Source: Spirochaetaceae bacterium (GTDB taxonomy: Bacteria > Myxococcota_A > UBA9160 > UBA4427). Taken from it: a DNA stretch of 64,000 nucleotides. The stretch covers positions 227,757 through 291,756 of the forward strand of contig JACKFD010000002.1 of assembly GCA_020632655.1 (NCBI GenBank). The letters run 5' to 3'. The notes beneath the pieces are model-generated. The model worked only from the letters and a program-made list of their open reading frames with translations, had not been told where the DNA came from and ran no database searches. Below are positions 1-10,345 of this stretch, piece after piece (the first letter of the stretch is position 1; every line of letters starts with the position of its first letter). The position numbers and the translations under genes were made by a program.

Positions 1-1
1 C

Positions 2-316
2 GACACGGATCTCGAGCGGGCTCGGGAGGTCGCGCGGGAGGCGATCGTCGACGTCCCCGGGCTGGATCCGGAGCAGGGCGCGCAGGCCGTCTTCTCGGGA
101 TTCGGTGGTAGCTCGATCGATCTCGACGTCTACTTCTGGCTCGACCTCTCGCTCGAGGACGCAGACTACCTGCAAGCTCGCTCGGAGGGAGTCATCGCGA
201 TCAAGAAGGCCTTCGACGAGGCGGACATCGAGATCCCGTTCCCGATCCGAACGCTGAGCTGGCCGGAGGCGTTGCGGATCCGGCGGCGAGACGACGAGCA
301 GGAATCGTCGTCATAG
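2..316 (+). CDS. MscS-family mechanosensitive channel, C-terminal fragment (5' end outside window)
   Basis: Frame is open from the window edge to TAG 314-316. The translation ...FSGFGGSSIDLDVYFWLDL...IKKAFDEADIEIPFPIRTL resembles the conserved C-terminal domain of MscS-type channels. GC3 is high. Confidence 0.6.
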   Translation, partial: DTDLERAREVAREAIVDVPGLDPEQGAQAVFSGFGGSSIDLDVYFWLDLSLEDADYLQARSEGVIAIKKAFDEADIEIPFPIRTLSWPEALRIRRRDDEQESSS

Positions 317-355
317 CGGTCGCGGCGAGCGCCTCGATCGATCGCCGAGCGGGCT

Positions 356-835
356 CTACGACTCGGGCTCCCTGGCCGGTCGCGGCTCGTCGCGCACGGC
401 TGCGAGTGACGGCACGTCCGAGGAGGACATCGTCGGGGTCGCGCCCTCGTCCGGCCCGATGATGATGCAGCCCTTGAAGCGGGCGCCTTCCTCGACGACG
501 ATGCCCGCGGTGTGGATCTCGCCTTCCACCCGGGCGCTCTTGTGCAGGATCGTCTTGCGCGCGACGCGGATGTCGCCCGTGACCGTGCCGTAGATCTCGA
601 TGCGCTCCGCCTCGATCGAGGCGTCGATCTCCGCCTGCTCGCCGACGAGTACGCCCTTGCGCGCGATGACCTGCCCCTCGATCCGGCCGTCGAGCCGAAC
701 GTTCTGCGAGAAGCGGAGCTCTCCGATCAGCTCGGAGCCCGCGTCGAGGAACGTCTCGCCTCCGTCGGCCGCCGGGACCCCGCCCGGGGTGATGTCGAGC
801 TCGAGGCGCTCATCCTTCTTCCGTCCGAATGCCAT
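356..835 (-). CDS. Bactofilin-family cytoskeletal protein
   Basis: ATG 833-835 is preceded by GGAGG. The 159-aa product has a repetitive beta-helix pattern (LRFSQNVRLDGRIEGQVIARKGVLVGEQAEIDASIEAERIEIYGTVTGDIRVARKTILHKSARVEGEIHTAGIVVEEGARFKG) typical of the bactofilin/DUF583 domain. Confidence 0.8.
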   Translation of the reverse strand: MAFGRKKDERLELDITPGGVPAADGGETFLDAGSELIGELRFSQNVRLDGRIEGQVIARKGVLVGEQAEIDASIEAERIEIYGTVTGDIRVARKTILHKSARVEGEIHTAGIVVEEGARFKGCIIIGPDEGATPTMSSSDVPSLAAVRDEPRPAREPES

Positions 836-912
836 GGGACCTCCGCGGCGGCCCCCTCGGCCTCCTGTGGGCGCCTCTTCGTCGCCGAGGGCGAGCCGCC
901 GCGTGGGCCGGG

Positions 913-3042
913 TCACGGCTGCCAGCAGGCAGCTCCGGCGGCGAGCGCGCGACGCCGAACCCGGCGCCCCCGACCGCGCCCCATCGCCGCCAATCCACAC
1001 GCGCCCACACCCATCATCACGACGAGCCCGGGCTCGGGCACGACGTAGAACGCATCGCCCGCACGAGCGAGCGTCGCCGACGCGGAAGGCACCCCGGCGA
1101 AGGACGCGTTCACGAGCGGTCGCGTCAGCGAAGGGATCAGCGTGCCGTACGCCTCGCGCGGGCCGAGCGTGTCGAGCAGGCGTGGTCCCGCGCCGCCGAA
1201 GTCGGGATCCGCCACGAATCCGCCTTGCCGCAGGAAGGGCAGGAATGCGTCGTCCGCGCCATCGAGATCGATCCCGAGCCGCGGCCACGCGATCGCCTCG
1301 TCGCGCAGGTTCAGGAACACGAGCATGTCCGAGCCCAGATATCGATCGTCGAAGGGCGCGGGTCCGAGGTTCATCCGGAGGATCGCGACCTTCGCATTCG
1401 CCGGTGCCGCGTTGCGCACGGCAGCGAATGCGGGATGGCCCGCGAGCACACCGGTCAGCATGCCGTAGGCCTCGGCGCCGCCTTCGACGCCGGCGATCAG
1501 CGGCGTCGGCACGTTGCCCAGGATCAGCGGATTGTGACGCGCCTGGCCGAGATAGGACTCGACGCTCGCGCCGCCGACGTCCGCCGTCGAGACCTCCGTG
1601 TTCGAGCCGACGACGAAGCGACCCGCGTCGGCGCCCGTGCCGCCGGACGCGAGGATCGTCCACGCCGCCTGGTCGACGACGGAGCCGTGGACGAGCACGG
1701 TTCCGCCCGCCCCCGAGCCACCGCTTCCCCCGCTGCCGCCGCGCGCGCCCGGACCGCCGTCGCCGCCGCGTCCGCCGCGCTTGCCGGCACCGCCCCGCGC
1801 CGTCCCGGTCGTCTCGCCCGGCTGCCCCGGGATCGAGTCCTGTCCCGCCACGCCCGGATCTCCGAACGCGCCTAGCAGACCCGTCGTGCCGTTCGCCCCG
1901 CGCACGTCGACGAGAGCAGGCAGCGTGATCCGACCGCGCGCGCGCAGCTCGATCGCGCCGCCACCGCCGCCACCCTGGCCGCCCGCGCCGCCGTTCCCCC
2001 CATCGCCGCCGTCACCACCCCGGCCGCCCGCCCCCCCGGCTCCGCCTTCGCTGCCGTTGGTGCAGACGGTCCAGCGGCTGTCGCCGCCGCTGCCGCCGCC
2101 CGCACCACCACTGCCACCACCACCGCCTCCACCGCCGGCGCCCCCCGCCCCGCCGCCCCCGCCCGAGCCGCCGGCGCCGCCGCCCGAGAGGACGAGTCCG
2201 ACGGCCCGGTTCTCGCCGGGCGAGGCACTGCCGCCGTTCGACCCGGTCTGGCCCGGCGAGCCGGCGTCGGCGTTCACCGCCTTGATCCCGTCGCCGCCCG
2301 CGAGCGGATTCCCGGTCGTCACCGAGCCGTTGCCGCCTTCGCCGCCCGCCGTGCCGAGCGCGCCGGCCCCACTCCCGCCGCGGGCGCCGAGCAGCCCGCC
2401 GACGCCGCCGCGGCTCAGTCCGCCGAACCCGGCCGCACCGCCGCTTCCGCTCCGCGACGGACCACCCGTCTCGCCCGGGTCACCGCGCCAGCCGTCTCCG
2501 CCCGGATCGCCGTCCCCGCCGTCGGAGAGCTTCGAGCACGTGATGTTCAGGAAGACCATGCCGGCGCTGCCTCCACCCCATTCGGCGACCCAGCCCCCCG
2601 CGCCGCCGCTTCCGCCGAGGCCTCCGGCGCCGCCCGTCGGCGAGGTGCCGCCGTCGCCACCGCCCGGGCCGCCGAGCCGACCGTCCGCGGCGAAGTCGAT
2701 CAGCACACCGCTCTCGGCGACGATGTCGTTGCCCGCGTAGAGCGTGATCGGCGTGTCGCCGACGCCGCGCACGGTGTCGTTGGCGGCGAGCACGAGGTCG
2801 CCCGCGAAGCGGAACTCGCGCACGCCGTCGACGAGGTGATGGGTGAAGGGCGTGCCGCGGAGCGAGGTGATCACGATCTGGTTCCAGGTCACCGCGCCGG
2901 TGTCGCCGTCGAAGACGAGGTCGGCGGCGTGGGTCGGTCCGGCGAGGGCCAGGGCGACGCCGGCGGCGAGACGACGAAGCTGCGGAGCGTGTCGGCGAGA
3001 AGAGGAGCGGGGCGGATGCGGTCGTTCCGTTCGGGCGATCAT
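913..3042 (-). CDS. Glycine-rich secreted protein with PEP-CTERM sorting signal
   Basis: 709 aa. It has a signal-like N-terminus (AAGVALALAGPTHAAD), a central GGxGG-rich tract of about 330 aa, and the C-terminal tail VVPEPGLVVMMGVGACGLAAMGRGRGRR (PEP motif + TM + Arg cluster). AGGAG lies upstream of ATG 3040-3042. Confidence 0.8.
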   Translation of the reverse strand: MIARTERPHPPRSSSRRHAPQLRRLAAGVALALAGPTHAADLVFDGDTGAVTWNQIVITSLRGTPFTHHLVDGVREFRFAGDLVLAANDTVRGVGDTPITLYAGNDIVAESGVLIDFAADGRLGGPGGGDGGTSPTGGAGGLGGSGGAGGWVAEWGGGSAGMVFLNITCSKLSDGGDGDPGGDGWRGDPGETGGPSRSGSGGAAGFGGLSRGGVGGLLGARGGSGAGALGTAGGEGGNGSVTTGNPLAGGDGIKAVNADAGSPGQTGSNGGSASPGENRAVGLVLSGGGAGGSGGGGGAGGAGGGGGGGGSGGAGGGSGGDSRWTVCTNGSEGGAGGAGGRGGDGGDGGNGGAGGQGGGGGGAIELRARGRITLPALVDVRGANGTTGLLGAFGDPGVAGQDSIPGQPGETTGTARGGAGKRGGRGGDGGPGARGGSGGSGGSGAGGTVLVHGSVVDQAAWTILASGGTGADAGRFVVGSNTEVSTADVGGASVESYLGQARHNPLILGNVPTPLIAGVEGGAEAYGMLTGVLAGHPAFAAVRNAAPANAKVAILRMNLGPAPFDDRYLGSDMLVFLNLRDEAIAWPRLGIDLDGADDAFLPFLRQGGFVADPDFGGAGPRLLDTLGPREAYGTLIPSLTRPLVNASFAGVPSASATLARAGDAFYVVPEPGLVVMMGVGACGLAAMGRGRGRRVRRRALAAGAACWQP

Positions 3043-3342
3043 CGGTCGGTACTCCTGTCGGGCCGTGGGTCGCCGCAGGGTGCGGCGGCCGGAGGGCGCG
3101 TTCAGCAGAAGGACGAGCCGGATTCGCCGCGCATATCGGGCAAGCCCTACGGCGGGCGTGCACGGCCGTCGTATGGATCGGGATCGCGGCGGCAGGGCAG
3201 GGGGGGCCGTCCTGGGAGCCCACCGCGGCCGTCCCCCGCATCCTTAAGGAAATCATCAGGAATCGCGAAGGACCCGAAGCCGATGGGATGGCAGCCTTCG
3301 ATCGACCGCTCGGGTCGGGTCGCCGGGAGAAGGAGTCCCATC

Positions 3343-3984
3343 ATGCGAGTCCTCCGCCTCTGGATCGTGCTGTCGTTGCTGGCCGCCAGCCCGACGTTCG
3401 CTGACCTCCTCGTGAGCGCGGGCGGGGGCGTGTTCGATCCATGGAAGGGATCGCCCGGCTACGAGGTCTCGGCGTCACTGCTCGGTACCTACGAGGACAT
3501 GCCGTATCTCCGTGTCGGCATCGAGCTCGCCCATCGCCGCGCGGAAGCCAAGGTCGTGAAGGCCTGGAACGTGGACTTCGAGTCCTACCGCTTCTCGGTC
3601 GTGCTGCACGGCTGCCTGCTGCCGGACGCGCCCGTGCAGCCCTACCTCGGCGGCCGGGTCACGGTCGCGTACAACGACGGCGACGCCGGAGACGTCGAGC
3701 TCCGACGGCCCGACTACGACGTACAGCGGTCGGACACTCCGGGCCTCGGCGCCGCGCTGCTGGCGGGATTGGACGTGCCCCTCGGCGGTCGCGTTGTGCT
3801 CTTCGGCGAGGTCTCGGTCGGAACCGACGTGCTCGCCACGGAGGGGAAGAACGACCGGCGGCGGGACGCCCCCCGGAGCGACGGCGATGGGATCGACCTC
3901 AGCCCCCACTTCGACCTGCCGCCCTTCACGGGCGACGAGATCGGTGGCGTGAGTGGCGTGGCGGGGCTTCGCTTCCGGTTCTGA
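3343..3984 (+). CDS. Small outer-membrane beta-barrel protein (OmpW/OmpA-like fold guess)
   Basis: ATG 3343 follows AGGAG. The signal peptide is MRVLRLWIVLSLLAASPTFA. The sequence alternates in a hydrophobic strand pattern and ends ...GVAGLRFRF, the aromatic C-terminus typical of OM barrels. Confidence 0.7.
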   Translation: MRVLRLWIVLSLLAASPTFADLLVSAGGGVFDPWKGSPGYEVSASLLGTYEDMPYLRVGIELAHRRAEAKVVKAWNVDFESYRFSVVLHGCLLPDAPVQPYLGGRVTVAYNDGDAGDVELRRPDYDVQRSDTPGLGAALLAGLDVPLGGRVVLFGEVSVGTDVLATEGKNDRRRDAPRSDGDGIDLSPHFDLPPFTGDEIGGVSGVAGLRFRF

Positions 3985-4008
3985 GTCGAGTCGTACGCTC
4001 CGTTCGCA

Positions 4009-6957
4009 TCATGTTCGCGAGACGGCCGATTCCTCCGCCGAGCGGCCTTCCCGCGAGCCGCGCCTGCGTCGCCTGCCGGCGAGCCCCGCGAGCCCGATCA
4101 CGCCCACCACGAGCGCAATGGCAAGGCACGGCTCCGGCACGGCGAATCGCACGACGGCGCTCGACCCGTCCGTAAAGTCGAGCAGCGCGACGACGTCGCC
4201 CGCCGCGTTCAGCGGACTCCGGCCCCGCGAGTTGCGCGGCCCGAACGAGACCCGGTAGTCGCCGATCGTGCGCACGTCGCCGTCCGCGACCTCGAGGCGG
4301 TCACCGCGTCGGACCACGAGCGTCGCCTCGCCCTTGCGGTCGACGAGCCAGAGGGCGCGATCGTTGGTGGCATCGACGCCTGCGCCCTCGAGCCAGTACT
4401 CGACGAGCACGTGCCCGCTCTCGCTGACGGCGAGATAGGCGGCGTCGCCCTCGGTCGAAAACTCGGGGCGCGTCCATGCGTCGAGTCGGACGTCGCCCGG
4501 GAGTCCGGGGGCCTGTTGACCGGAACGCAGGATCGGGATCGTCTGTCCGTCCTCGCGGAAGAGCCATTGCGCACCGCCGTAGTAGTCCGACGGACCGTAC
4601 GGGAAGAGCGCCGGCACGAGCAGATCGCCGTGGTCGGTGAGTCTCGGCGCGACGAAGGAGGGCGTGCCGAGCGAGCCGTCCAGTCCAGGCAGGGCGTTCT
4701 CCTCGTCGACGACGAGCGCGAGGCCGCCGGCCTTCGTCCATCGCCAGACCGTCGAGTACCACGGCCAGCCCGGTCCGCCCGGTCGATCGAGCGGGATCGC
4801 GAAGGCGACCTCGCCGGAGACGCGGAGGGCGGGCGTCAGTACGGGGCCATCCAAGGATTGGGGCGGGCCGAAGGTCGTATCGCTCGGGAACCCCGGCGCG
4901 GGATCGCCGTCGCGCAGGACGAGCTCGAGCCCGCCCTCTGCATCGCCCACCCAGAGACCGGACTCCTCCGTCAGGGGACCGGCCGGGCCTGCGAGTCGGC
5001 CGGCGAAGACGAACTCGCCCGATGGACTCATGGCCGGCGCCCGGGTGTGATGGAAGGTGCGGTCGGTCGGCAGGCCGGGCAGCGCCTCGCCGTCCCGCAC
5101 GGCCACTCGATGGCCACCCGCACCATCGGGGACCACGACGGAGAAGGCCGTCCCGAAGAGCGGATCCGACGTCGCCCCGACGAAGCCCACCCCACCGCGT
5201 CCGTCGGTCTCGAAGCTCGAGCGGAAGAACTGGAAGTCGGTGTCGATCGACGAGATCAGGCCGTCCGCAGGGGAGGAGAGCGGCCCCCCCGGTCGGGCGA
5301 CGGCGGACACGCCGGCCTCGTCGGGATGACAACGGAAGATCCCGCTCGAGAAGCCGTTCGCAGCGTCGTACATCGTGCCCCAGAAGAGCAGGTGCCCCGA
5401 TGGCTCGAAGGCCATCGAGTCAGGGAGGACCTGGGAGAGGCGGGCATCGGCCGAGCCCACGTTCGTGACGGGCGTCGGCGAGTAGCCCATGGGCGCGCAT
5501 CGGCGCAGCGTCCCGGCCGCGTCGCGCACGCCGAAGTGAAGGTTCGAGACCTCGCCGGGATCGATGCCGGCCGGGCGCGCGGTGGCGGAGAACACCACGT
5601 CCGCCGCGGTATTCAACATCGCGTCGTCGAGCGTCGTGAGGATCGCTTGCGACGGATACCCGTACTGCCAATCCGGCGAGGCGAGCAGGCCCGTCCGGGC
5701 GACGATCTCGACGGGGATGCAGTCGGGTGCGTCGAGCGCGCAGAGGCGAGCGCCGGTCTGTGGTCGGCGAATCGACGCGTAGAACGTCTCGACGTCGTTG
5801 CGGCCGACGCGGAGTCCCGAGCCCGCGATCGTCGAGCCGTCCGCCGATACGGCCCAGACCGACGTGAAGCGCCACCAGGCCTCGGTCGCGATGCCGAGGT
5901 CGTCGAGGATCTGGCGGATGTGGTGCGCGCCGCCGTCGGCGGTCCAGACGAAGCCCTCGTCGTTCGGTCCGCCGCTCCCTCCGTCGGGTACGGCACCCGG
6001 TCGACCCCCGACGATCACCCGACCATCGGCGGACATGCCCTTGGGCCACGTTGCCGACAGATCGGGGCCGCCCGGCGAGGCGAGCGGTTGCACGCCGGTC
6101 GCTTCGGTCCAGACGAAGGGCTGCGGGATCCCGTCGATCAGACCGTGACCGGCGACGACCGTGCCGTCCTCGGAGACGTGCGTCGCCTCGTACGTGCGCC
6201 GCGACGAGCCGGGGCCGTCGCCCAGGAGCCGCATGCCCTGCTCGGCATCCCACACGAAGGCCTCCTGATACGACGATCCGACGACCACCGCTCCGTCGCG
6301 CGAGACGTCGTAGGCGCGCCCCGGCCGCACGCAGGCGGGTACGTCGTTCTCGTCGAACTCGGGAACCGGGAGCGAGCCCGCCGGGATCGTCTGCATGCCC
6401 GTCGCCGCGGTCCAGACGAAGGGGACCTCGATCCCGCACGCGTTGCGCGCGCCGCCCACGATCGTGCCGCCGTCGGGCGAGATGCCGTAGGCGGCGGACG
6501 GGGACAGGGTCGGATCCGCGCCGGGGAGCGCGCCGAGCTCGGCGATGCCTTCCGACGTGCGCCAGACGACGGCCTGCGCGGGCGCGTATTCGGGCGCGTC
6601 GTAGTCCTCGTTTCGCGCGCCGACGGCGACGTCGCCTGCATCGGAGAGCGCATTCCACCCATGGTCGGTACTCGATGCCAGCGTGACCGGCGTAGCGCCT
6701 TCGCGGAACGACTGGTGGATCTGCCCGCGGAGCCCGAAGACGGGGGGATCGAGGAGCCCGCATTGCTGCGTCACGAGGAGGGTCTGGCCGTCCGCCGAGA
6801 GTCCGCCGATCTGCCAGTCGTGACAGCCGGGCGCGTCGAGGGCCGGGACGAGCCCGAAATTCCCCTGCGCCGCAGCGGCTCCCGCTACGAGCAGGGCGAG
6901 AGCGAGGGTCTGGAACGATGTGGCGCGGGCGGCGATGCGGCAAGCGTGCGGGATCAT
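4009..6957 (-). CDS. Large extracellular repeat protein (HAF-type repeats N-terminal, NxxGxxAF-like repeats C-terminal) with PEP-CTERM anchor
   Basis: ATG 6955-6957 gives the signal peptide [31 protein letters not shown]. There are repeated xxVW/FVW...G...LG...S.A.GIS.DG..IVG units, then [15 protein letters not shown]-type repeats. The C-terminus is [30 protein letters not shown]. The ORF-track N-terminal 112 aa is Arg-rich non-coding extension. Confidence 0.8.
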   Translation of the reverse strand: MIPHACRIAARATSFQTLALALLVAGAAAAQGNFGLVPALDAPGCHDWQIGGLSADGQTLLVTQQCGLLDPPVFGLRGQIHQSFREGATPVTLASSTDHGWNALSDAGDVAVGARNEDYDAPEYAPAQAVVWRTSEGIAELGALPGADPTLSPSAAYGISPDGGTIVGGARNACGIEVPFVWTAATGMQTIPAGSLPVPEFDENDVPACVRPGRAYDVSRDGAVVVGSSYQEAFVWDAEQGMRLLGDGPGSSRRTYEATHVSEDGTVVAGHGLIDGIPQPFVWTEATGVQPLASPGGPDLSATWPKGMSADGRVIVGGRPGAVPDGGSGGPNDEGFVWTADGGAHHIRQILDDLGIATEAWWRFTSVWAVSADGSTIAGSGLRVGRNDVETFYASIRRPQTGARLCALDAPDCIPVEIVARTGLLASPDWQYGYPSQAILTTLDDAMLNTAADVVFSATARPAGIDPGEVSNLHFGVRDAAGTLRRCAPMGYSPTPVTNVGSADARLSQVLPDSMAFEPSGHLLFWGTMYDAANGFSSGIFRCHPDEAGVSAVARPGGPLSSPADGLISSIDTDFQFFRSSFETDGRGGVGFVGATSDPLFGTAFSVVVPDGAGGHRVAVRDGEALPGLPTDRTFHHTRAPAMSPSGEFVFAGRLAGPAGPLTEESGLWVGDAEGGLELVLRDGDPAPGFPSDTTFGPPQSLDGPVLTPALRVSGEVAFAIPLDRPGGPGWPWYSTVWRWTKAGGLALVVDEENALPGLDGSLGTPSFVAPRLTDHGDLLVPALFPYGPSDYYGGAQWLFREDGQTIPILRSGQQAPGLPGDVRLDAWTRPEFSTEGDAAYLAVSESGHVLVEYWLEGAGVDATNDRALWLVDRKGEATLVVRRGDRLEVADGDVRTIGDYRVSFGPRNSRGRSPLNAAGDVVALLDFTDGSSAVVRFAVPEPCLAIALVVGVIGLAGLAGRRRRRGSREGRSAEESAVSRT

Positions 6958-7201
6958 GAGGTGGAGATCTCCTCGGGAAGGCGGGGCGAACGAGGCGGAA
7001 TCCGGGAGGCGGCGGGTCCTTCGTGGAGCGACGGACCGGGTTCTTCCGTCCATCGGCTGCTCGGTCGCCCCCCTTGACCTTCGAGACCTCTGGGATGCTA
7101 GGCGGTCGCGGAGCCCTGCGTATGACACGAAATCGGGCGGTCCGGCGCCCTGCATCGGATCAGTGGATGCCGCGAGGGGCGGTGGGTGTGCCGGCCCTCG
7201 A

Positions 7202-7484
7202 CGACGGCCTCCGGATCCGGTTCCTTCCCGCCGCCGCCCCGCTCCTCGGCGAGCCCGGCTGGCGAGGGAGAGCCACTTGTCGAAGCGAGCCACGCCGCAT
7301 CCGTCCGCCCACGTCCACGGGCCGGGCTGTGACCACGACCACGATCATCATCACGACCACGGCCACGCGCACGGGGGCCCGGCGCCCTACGTCCGGAGCG
7401 AGCCCAAGATCCAGCGCAACGATCCGTGTCCCTGCGGCAGCGGCAAGAAATACAAGAAATGCCACGCACCGAACGGCTGAGGCG
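7202..7484. repeat. Segmental duplication copy 1 (leader + SEC-C mini-gene); partner at 9995-10301
   Basis: By-eye alignment: cgacggcc.ccggatc.ggttccttcccgcc...gccccgctc...gagcccgg...gagggag...tgtcgaagcgagccacgccgcatccgtccgcccacgtccacgg... through ...aacggctgaggcg. Similarity stops 4 nt after the stop codon. Confidence 0.85.
7277..7480 (+). CDS. His/Asp-rich SEC-C motif (SecA-type zinc knuckle) mini-protein, copy 1
   Basis: 67 aa. The C-terminal [16 protein letters not shown] is the SEC-C metal-binding motif. The N-terminal tract is [23 protein letters not shown]. No in-frame ATG/GTG lies near the conserved N-terminus, so TTG 7277 behind GAGGGAGAG is the best start. Confidence 0.65.
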   Translation: MSKRATPHPSAHVHGPGCDHDHDHHHDHGHAHGGPAPYVRSEPKIQRNDPCPCGSGKKYKKCHAPNG

Positions 7485-7543
7485 CGCGCGGGGCTCGGGG
7501 GCGAGAGAGAGCTCGATTCGAATCCTGCGATGCCCGCGCCGGC

Positions 7544-8392
7544 TCAGGCCCGCGGGCCGATCTCCGGATCGACCGTGCAGCGTCGCATCACCCGCCGTGC
7601 CGGGTAGTGATCCGGTAGCGCGACGTGCAACGTACAGCGCTCGTCCCAGATCGCGAGATCGTCGACGCGCCATCGCCAGCGCACGCAATGCTCGGCCCGA
7701 TCGACGAGGCTCCAGAAGAAGTCGAGCCACATCCGACTCTCGGCCGGGTGCAGACCCACGATCTTCGTGATCGTCGCGGCGGAGAAGTAGAGGACCTTCT
7801 CGCCCGTGTCCGGGTGACGGACCACGAGCGGATGCTCCGTCGTCTGTGACACGGTCGCGCGGAGCACGTCCGCGATCTCCTTGCCGGCGGCGAGCTCCGC
7901 GCCGCGGAAGAACTGCTCCCCGGCGTCGTGCAGGGCGATGAGGCCCTCGACCCGTTCCCTCATGGGCAGAGAGAGCGCGCGATAGGCGGCCGTCAGGCTC
8001 GACCACATCGTGTCGCCCCCCGTCTCGGGCAGCAGGCGCGCCGAGAGGATGCCGATCTTCGGTGGCACGGGGAGCCAGGTCAGGTCCGAGTGCCATCGGG
8101 TCGCCTTGGGCGGGCTCTGCTCGTCGTCCTCGATGAACTCGACGTGCGCGCCCGTTCCCTTCGCCCGCGACGTCGGATGGATCGTGAGCGGGCCGAAGCG
8201 CCGGGCGAAGTCGAGGTGCTGCGCGTCGGAGAGGGGCTGGTCGCGAAGGAAGAGCACCTGATGCCGGAGCAGGGCCTGCTGGAGCGCGTCGAAGGCTTCG
8301 TCCGGGAGCGGCTCGCGGAGGTCGATGCCTCCGACTTCTGCGCCGATCGCCTTCGTGAGCGGCGTGATCCGGAGCGTCGAGCCCGTCGTCAT
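7544..8392 (-). CDS. TauD/TfdA-family Fe(II)/2-oxoglutarate dioxygenase
   Basis: 282 aa with the family pattern LRITPLTKAIGAEVGGIDL...RWHSDLTWLPVPPKIGILSA (HxD)...IWDERCTLH. The ATG overlaps the upstream stop as ATGA (8389-8392). Confidence 0.9.
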   Translation of the reverse strand: MTTGSTLRITPLTKAIGAEVGGIDLREPLPDEAFDALQQALLRHQVLFLRDQPLSDAQHLDFARRFGPLTIHPTSRAKGTGAHVEFIEDDEQSPPKATRWHSDLTWLPVPPKIGILSARLLPETGGDTMWSSLTAAYRALSLPMRERVEGLIALHDAGEQFFRGAELAAGKEIADVLRATVSQTTEHPLVVRHPDTGEKVLYFSAATITKIVGLHPAESRMWLDFFWSLVDRAEHCVRWRWRVDDLAIWDERCTLHVALPDHYPARRVMRRCTVDPEIGPRA

Positions 8393-9153
8393 CGCGGTGC
8401 GTCGCCATCGATCGCGACGCGATGGCCACAGCGCCGCGCGTCACCGAAGTCGTTGTCGACACGATGCTGGGTGCAGCGATTGTCCCAGAAGGCGATGTCG
8501 CCGCTCCGCCATGCGTGACGCACGGTGAACTCGTCTCGGGTGGCGTGCGCGAGCAGCGAGGCGAGCAGGGCGTCGCTCTCGACCTCCTCGAGCTCGACGA
8601 TCCGCTTCGTGAAGATGCCGTTCACGAAGAGCGCCTTGCGGCCGCTCTCCGGATGCGTGCGCACGACGGGATGGATGCTCTCCTCGACGGGCTGCCACCA
8701 GCTGCGGTGCAGCGCATGCAAGCCATCGATCCGCGCCTTCGTATCGGCATCGAGCGCCTCGTAGGCCGCCGTCATGCTCGCCCACCAGGTATCACCGCCC
8801 GCCGGAGGTGCGATCACCATCTGCAGCATCGCCCCCATCGGCGGTCGCGGCGAGCACGTCACGTCCGTATGCCACCACTCGGCCGTGACCGCCTTGCGGT
8901 CCGTGTCGAAGACGACGACCTCGGGCTGCTCGGGCAGCGCATCGAGGGCGGCATGCGTCTGGAGCTCGCCGAAGACACGGCCGAGTCGGACCTGCTCTGC
9001 CGGCGAGAGCCCCGCCTCCGGAAAGAAGAGCACCTCGTGACGCAGGAGTGCGTCGCGCAGGCGGGACGCATCGGCAGGCTCGAGCGGCGCGCGCAGGTCG
9101 AGGCCGCTCACGACGGCGCCGAGCGCTGCGGACTCCGGGGTGATCGTCAGCAT
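8389..9153 (-). CDS. TauD/TfdA-family Fe(II)/2-oxoglutarate dioxygenase (second paralog)
   Basis: ATG 9151-9153 follows AGGAG. The 254-aa product contains MLTITPESAALGAVVSGLDL...WWHTDVTCSPRPPMGAML...FWDNRCTQH. The ORF-track N-terminal 80 aa was rejected as junk. Confidence 0.85.
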   Translation of the reverse strand: MLTITPESAALGAVVSGLDLRAPLEPADASRLRDALLRHEVLFFPEAGLSPAEQVRLGRVFGELQTHAALDALPEQPEVVVFDTDRKAVTAEWWHTDVTCSPRPPMGAMLQMVIAPPAGGDTWWASMTAAYEALDADTKARIDGLHALHRSWWQPVEESIHPVVRTHPESGRKALFVNGIFTKRIVELEEVESDALLASLLAHATRDEFTVRHAWRSGDIAFWDNRCTQHRVDNDFGDARRCGHRVAIDGDAPR

Positions 9154-9623
9154 GTGGAATCTCCTCGTTCGCGTGCGGGACGGTAGTCCGGTCGGCCCCG
9201 CGGATCTCCCCCATCGTAGACCTGTCGATCGAGCGTCTGGATCTCGTCGAGCCTCGCGAGCCAGGGGAGACGCGAACGACACCAGGCCTGGGCCACGGGC
9301 ACGAGTCGCGCCTTCTGTCGTACCGCCCCACCGGAGATCGAGACCGGAAGCGAGGCATCGTGCTCGTCCGTACCGTAGAGCTGCGTTCCACACGCCTCAC
9401 AGAAATGCATGGCCCTCCTGGCCCCACTCTCGGCGGTCTTGACGTAGCGGCGCGGACTGCCGCGCGTCACTCGGAAGCGATCGGGTGAGGCGAGGATCCG
9501 GACCCGGAAGGGCGCACCCGAGAAGATCTGACAATCCTCGCAATGGCAGAGGAAGGTCTGTCCCTCGTCGATCTCGGCCTCGAAGGCGACCGCCCCGCAA
9601 TGACATCGACCGTCGATTCGCAT
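9147..9623 (-). CDS. GFA/CENP-V family (glutathione-dependent formaldehyde-activating-like) zinc protein
   Basis: MRIDGRCHCGAVAFEAEIDEGQTFLCHCEDCQ...HFCEACGTQL carries the characteristic Cys clusters. It is the first gene of the minus-strand GFA-TauD-TauD unit and overlaps the next start by 7 nt. Confidence 0.8.
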   Translation of the reverse strand: MRIDGRCHCGAVAFEAEIDEGQTFLCHCEDCQIFSGAPFRVRILASPDRFRVTRGSPRRYVKTAESGARRAMHFCEACGTQLYGTDEHDASLPVSISGGAVRQKARLVPVAQAWCRSRLPWLARLDEIQTLDRQVYDGGDPRGRPDYRPARERGDSTC

Positions 9624-10066
9624 GACTCACGACTCCCATCCATCCCACCCGGAGCCATGGGGGCTCCGGCTTCACGTGACCGGTCGAAGGTGGGCGCGCT
9701 GCGCCGGGCGGGATCGGCTCGCTTCAGGATGCCTCAGGCGTCGGGGTACGCGCGAGCCACTCGAGCGACCCGGGTCGAGACCCGGTGCCGGTGCGCGGAG
9801 GCGTGTCTGGCCGCTCGCGGCGGATCCGGAGCGGACTGTCGACTTCCTCGAGCGGTCGGTGGCGCGATCCGTGGCGGATGGGTCGCCACGCATGCGCCCG
9901 GCAGCCGGGACGCACGTCCCCCCGGCGTCTCGGGCTCGGCGACGGACGCCGGGCCCGGTCGCGCCCGGGCCGCCTACGGGACGCGCTCGCGCGCCGACGG
10001 CCCCCGGATCGGGTTCCTTCCCGCCGCCCCGCTCCGCGGGGAGCCCGGCGAGGGAGGAAGATCCAT

Positions 10067-10297
<231 letters not shown>

Positions 10298-10345
10298 GGC
10301 GATCGCGCTCGCACGAGCCGCACTCCCGCCGTCCGCAGCGTCGGC

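Noticed and set aside
1598-2740. 380-aa proline-rich ORF on the plus strand (also 600-1928 and 829-1875)
   Set aside because: It is the antisense of the GGN-codon glycine tract of the 913-3042 gene. Poly-Pro/Arg composition, no RBS and no domain logic mark it as a shadow ORF typical of high-GC DNA.
4411-7077. 888-aa plus-strand ORF
   Set aside because: It is the antisense shadow of the HAF-repeat gene. The composition is Arg/Glu/Asp-rich junk with no motifs.
6920-7276. Longer N-terminal extensions of the SEC-C mini-proteins (ORF-track entries 6920-7480 and 9785-10297)
   Set aside because: The in-frame upstream translation is Arg/Pro-rich. It is conserved between the copies only for the 25 codons of the duplicated leader and contains no start codon within the conserved part. 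Upstream of that the two copies are unrelated.
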